Assembly: GCF_963921235.1 (NCBI RefSeq)
Contig: NC_086108.1
Coordinates: 83,702,001 to 83,766,000, forward strand
DNA: 64,000 bases
Direction of reading: 5' to 3'
Source: Mobula hypostoma
Taxonomy: Eukaryota
Shown here: in pieces, positions 62,861 to 64,000 of the stretch
How positions within the stretch are numbered: the stretch's first letter is position 1
Layout: each line of letters begins with the position of its first letter
Made by a program: the position numbers and the translations under genes
The notes under the pieces: generated by a model
Told to the model about the DNA's origin: nothing
Database searches by the model: none
The model's input: the letters and a program-made list of their open reading frames with translations, nothing else

Positions 62861-64000
62861 ATGTAACCCCACTTTTTAAAAAAGGAGGGAGAGAGAAACC
62901 GGGGAATTATAGACCAGTTAGCCTAACGTCGGTGGTGGGGAAACTGCTGGAGTCAGTTATCAAAGATGTGATAACAGCACATTTGGAAAGCGGTGAAATC
63001 ATCGGACAAAGTCAGCATGGATTTGTGAAAGCAAAATCATGTCTGACGAATCTCATAGAATTTTTTGAGGATGTAACTAGTAGAGTGGATAGGGGAGAAC
63101 CAGTGGATGTGGTATATTTGGATTTTCAAAAGGCTTTTGACAAGGTCCCACACAGGAGATTAGTGTGCAAACTTAAAGCACACAGTATTGGGGTTAAGGT
63201 ATTGATGTGGATGGAGAATTGGTTAGCAGACAGGAAGCAAAGAGTGGGAATAAACGGGACCTTTTCAGAATGGCAGGCGGTGACTAGTGGGGTACCGCAA
63301 GGCTCAGTGCTGGGACCCCAGTTGTTTACAATATATATTAATGACTTGGATGAGGGAATTAAATGCAGCATCTCCAAGTTTGCGGATGACACGAAGCTGG
63401 GCGGCAGTGTTAACTGTGAGGAGGATGCTAAGAGGATGCAGGGTGACTTGGATAGGTTGGGTGAGTGGGCAAATTCATGGCAGATGCAATTTAATGTGGA
63501 TAAATGTGAAGTTATCCACTTTGGTGGCAAAAATAGGAAAACAGATTATTATTTGAATGGTGGCCGATTAGGAAAAGGGGAGGTGCAACGAGACCTGGGT
63601 GTCATTATACACCAGTCATTGAAAGTGGGCATGTAGGTACAGCAGGCGGTGAAAAAGGCGAATGGTATGCTGGCATTTATAGCAAGAGGATTCAAGTACA
63701 GGAGCAGGGAGGTACTACTGCAGTTGTACAAGGCCTTGGTGAGACCACACCTGGAGTATTGTGTGCAGTTTTGGTCCCCTAATCTGTGGAAAGACATCCT
63801 TGCCATAGAGGGAGTACAAAGAAGGTTCACCAGATTGATTCCTGGGATGGCAGGACTTTCGTATGAAGAAAGACTGGATGAACTAGGCTTGTACTCATTG
63901 GAATTTAGAAGATTGAGGGGGGATCTGATTGAAACGTATAAAATCCTAAAGGGATTGGACAGGCTAGATGCAGGAAGATTGTTCCTGATGTTGGGGAAGT
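62861..64000 (+). mobile_element. Second, 5'-truncated CR1 LINE (RT region; runs off the window)
   Basis: NVTPLFKKGGREKPGNYRPVSLTS...DFQKAFDKVPH...[11 protein letters not shown]...KFADDTK; only one stop (63634-63636) seen in the RT region. Confidence 0.94.

Overview
Eukaryotic (vertebrate) non-genic DNA made up largely of nested retroelements. The repeat complement (abundant CR1 LINEs with SGNH-esterase ORF1, tRNA-headed HE1/V-SINE-like SINEs, Penelope-like pLTR fragments, Rex1/Babar tails) suggests a cartilaginous fish, probably a ray (inference). I recognise no host protein-coding gene. The two best-preserved objects are: (1) a full-length 5.8-kb L1-clade LINE on the minus strand (24475-30297) with intact ORF1, a 1261-codon ORF2 broken only by two TAA codons, an A-rich tail and a perfect 15-bp TSD, inserted inside a CR1; (2) a ~5.2-kb I/Nimb-clade LINE (~6558-11780) with zinc-knuckle ORF1 and APE-RT-RNase H-zinc finger ORF2, lacking its 3' tail. 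Also present are Penelope-like, Hero (RLE), RTE, L2, Crack-like, Rex1/Babar and Gypsy remnants, three solo LTRs with TSDs plus a probable fourth, and non-autonomous retroposons. One of the latter is RTE-derived and its 5' end can be folded into a pseudoknot plus kink-turn RNA. Family assignments come from motif recognition by eye, not database searches.
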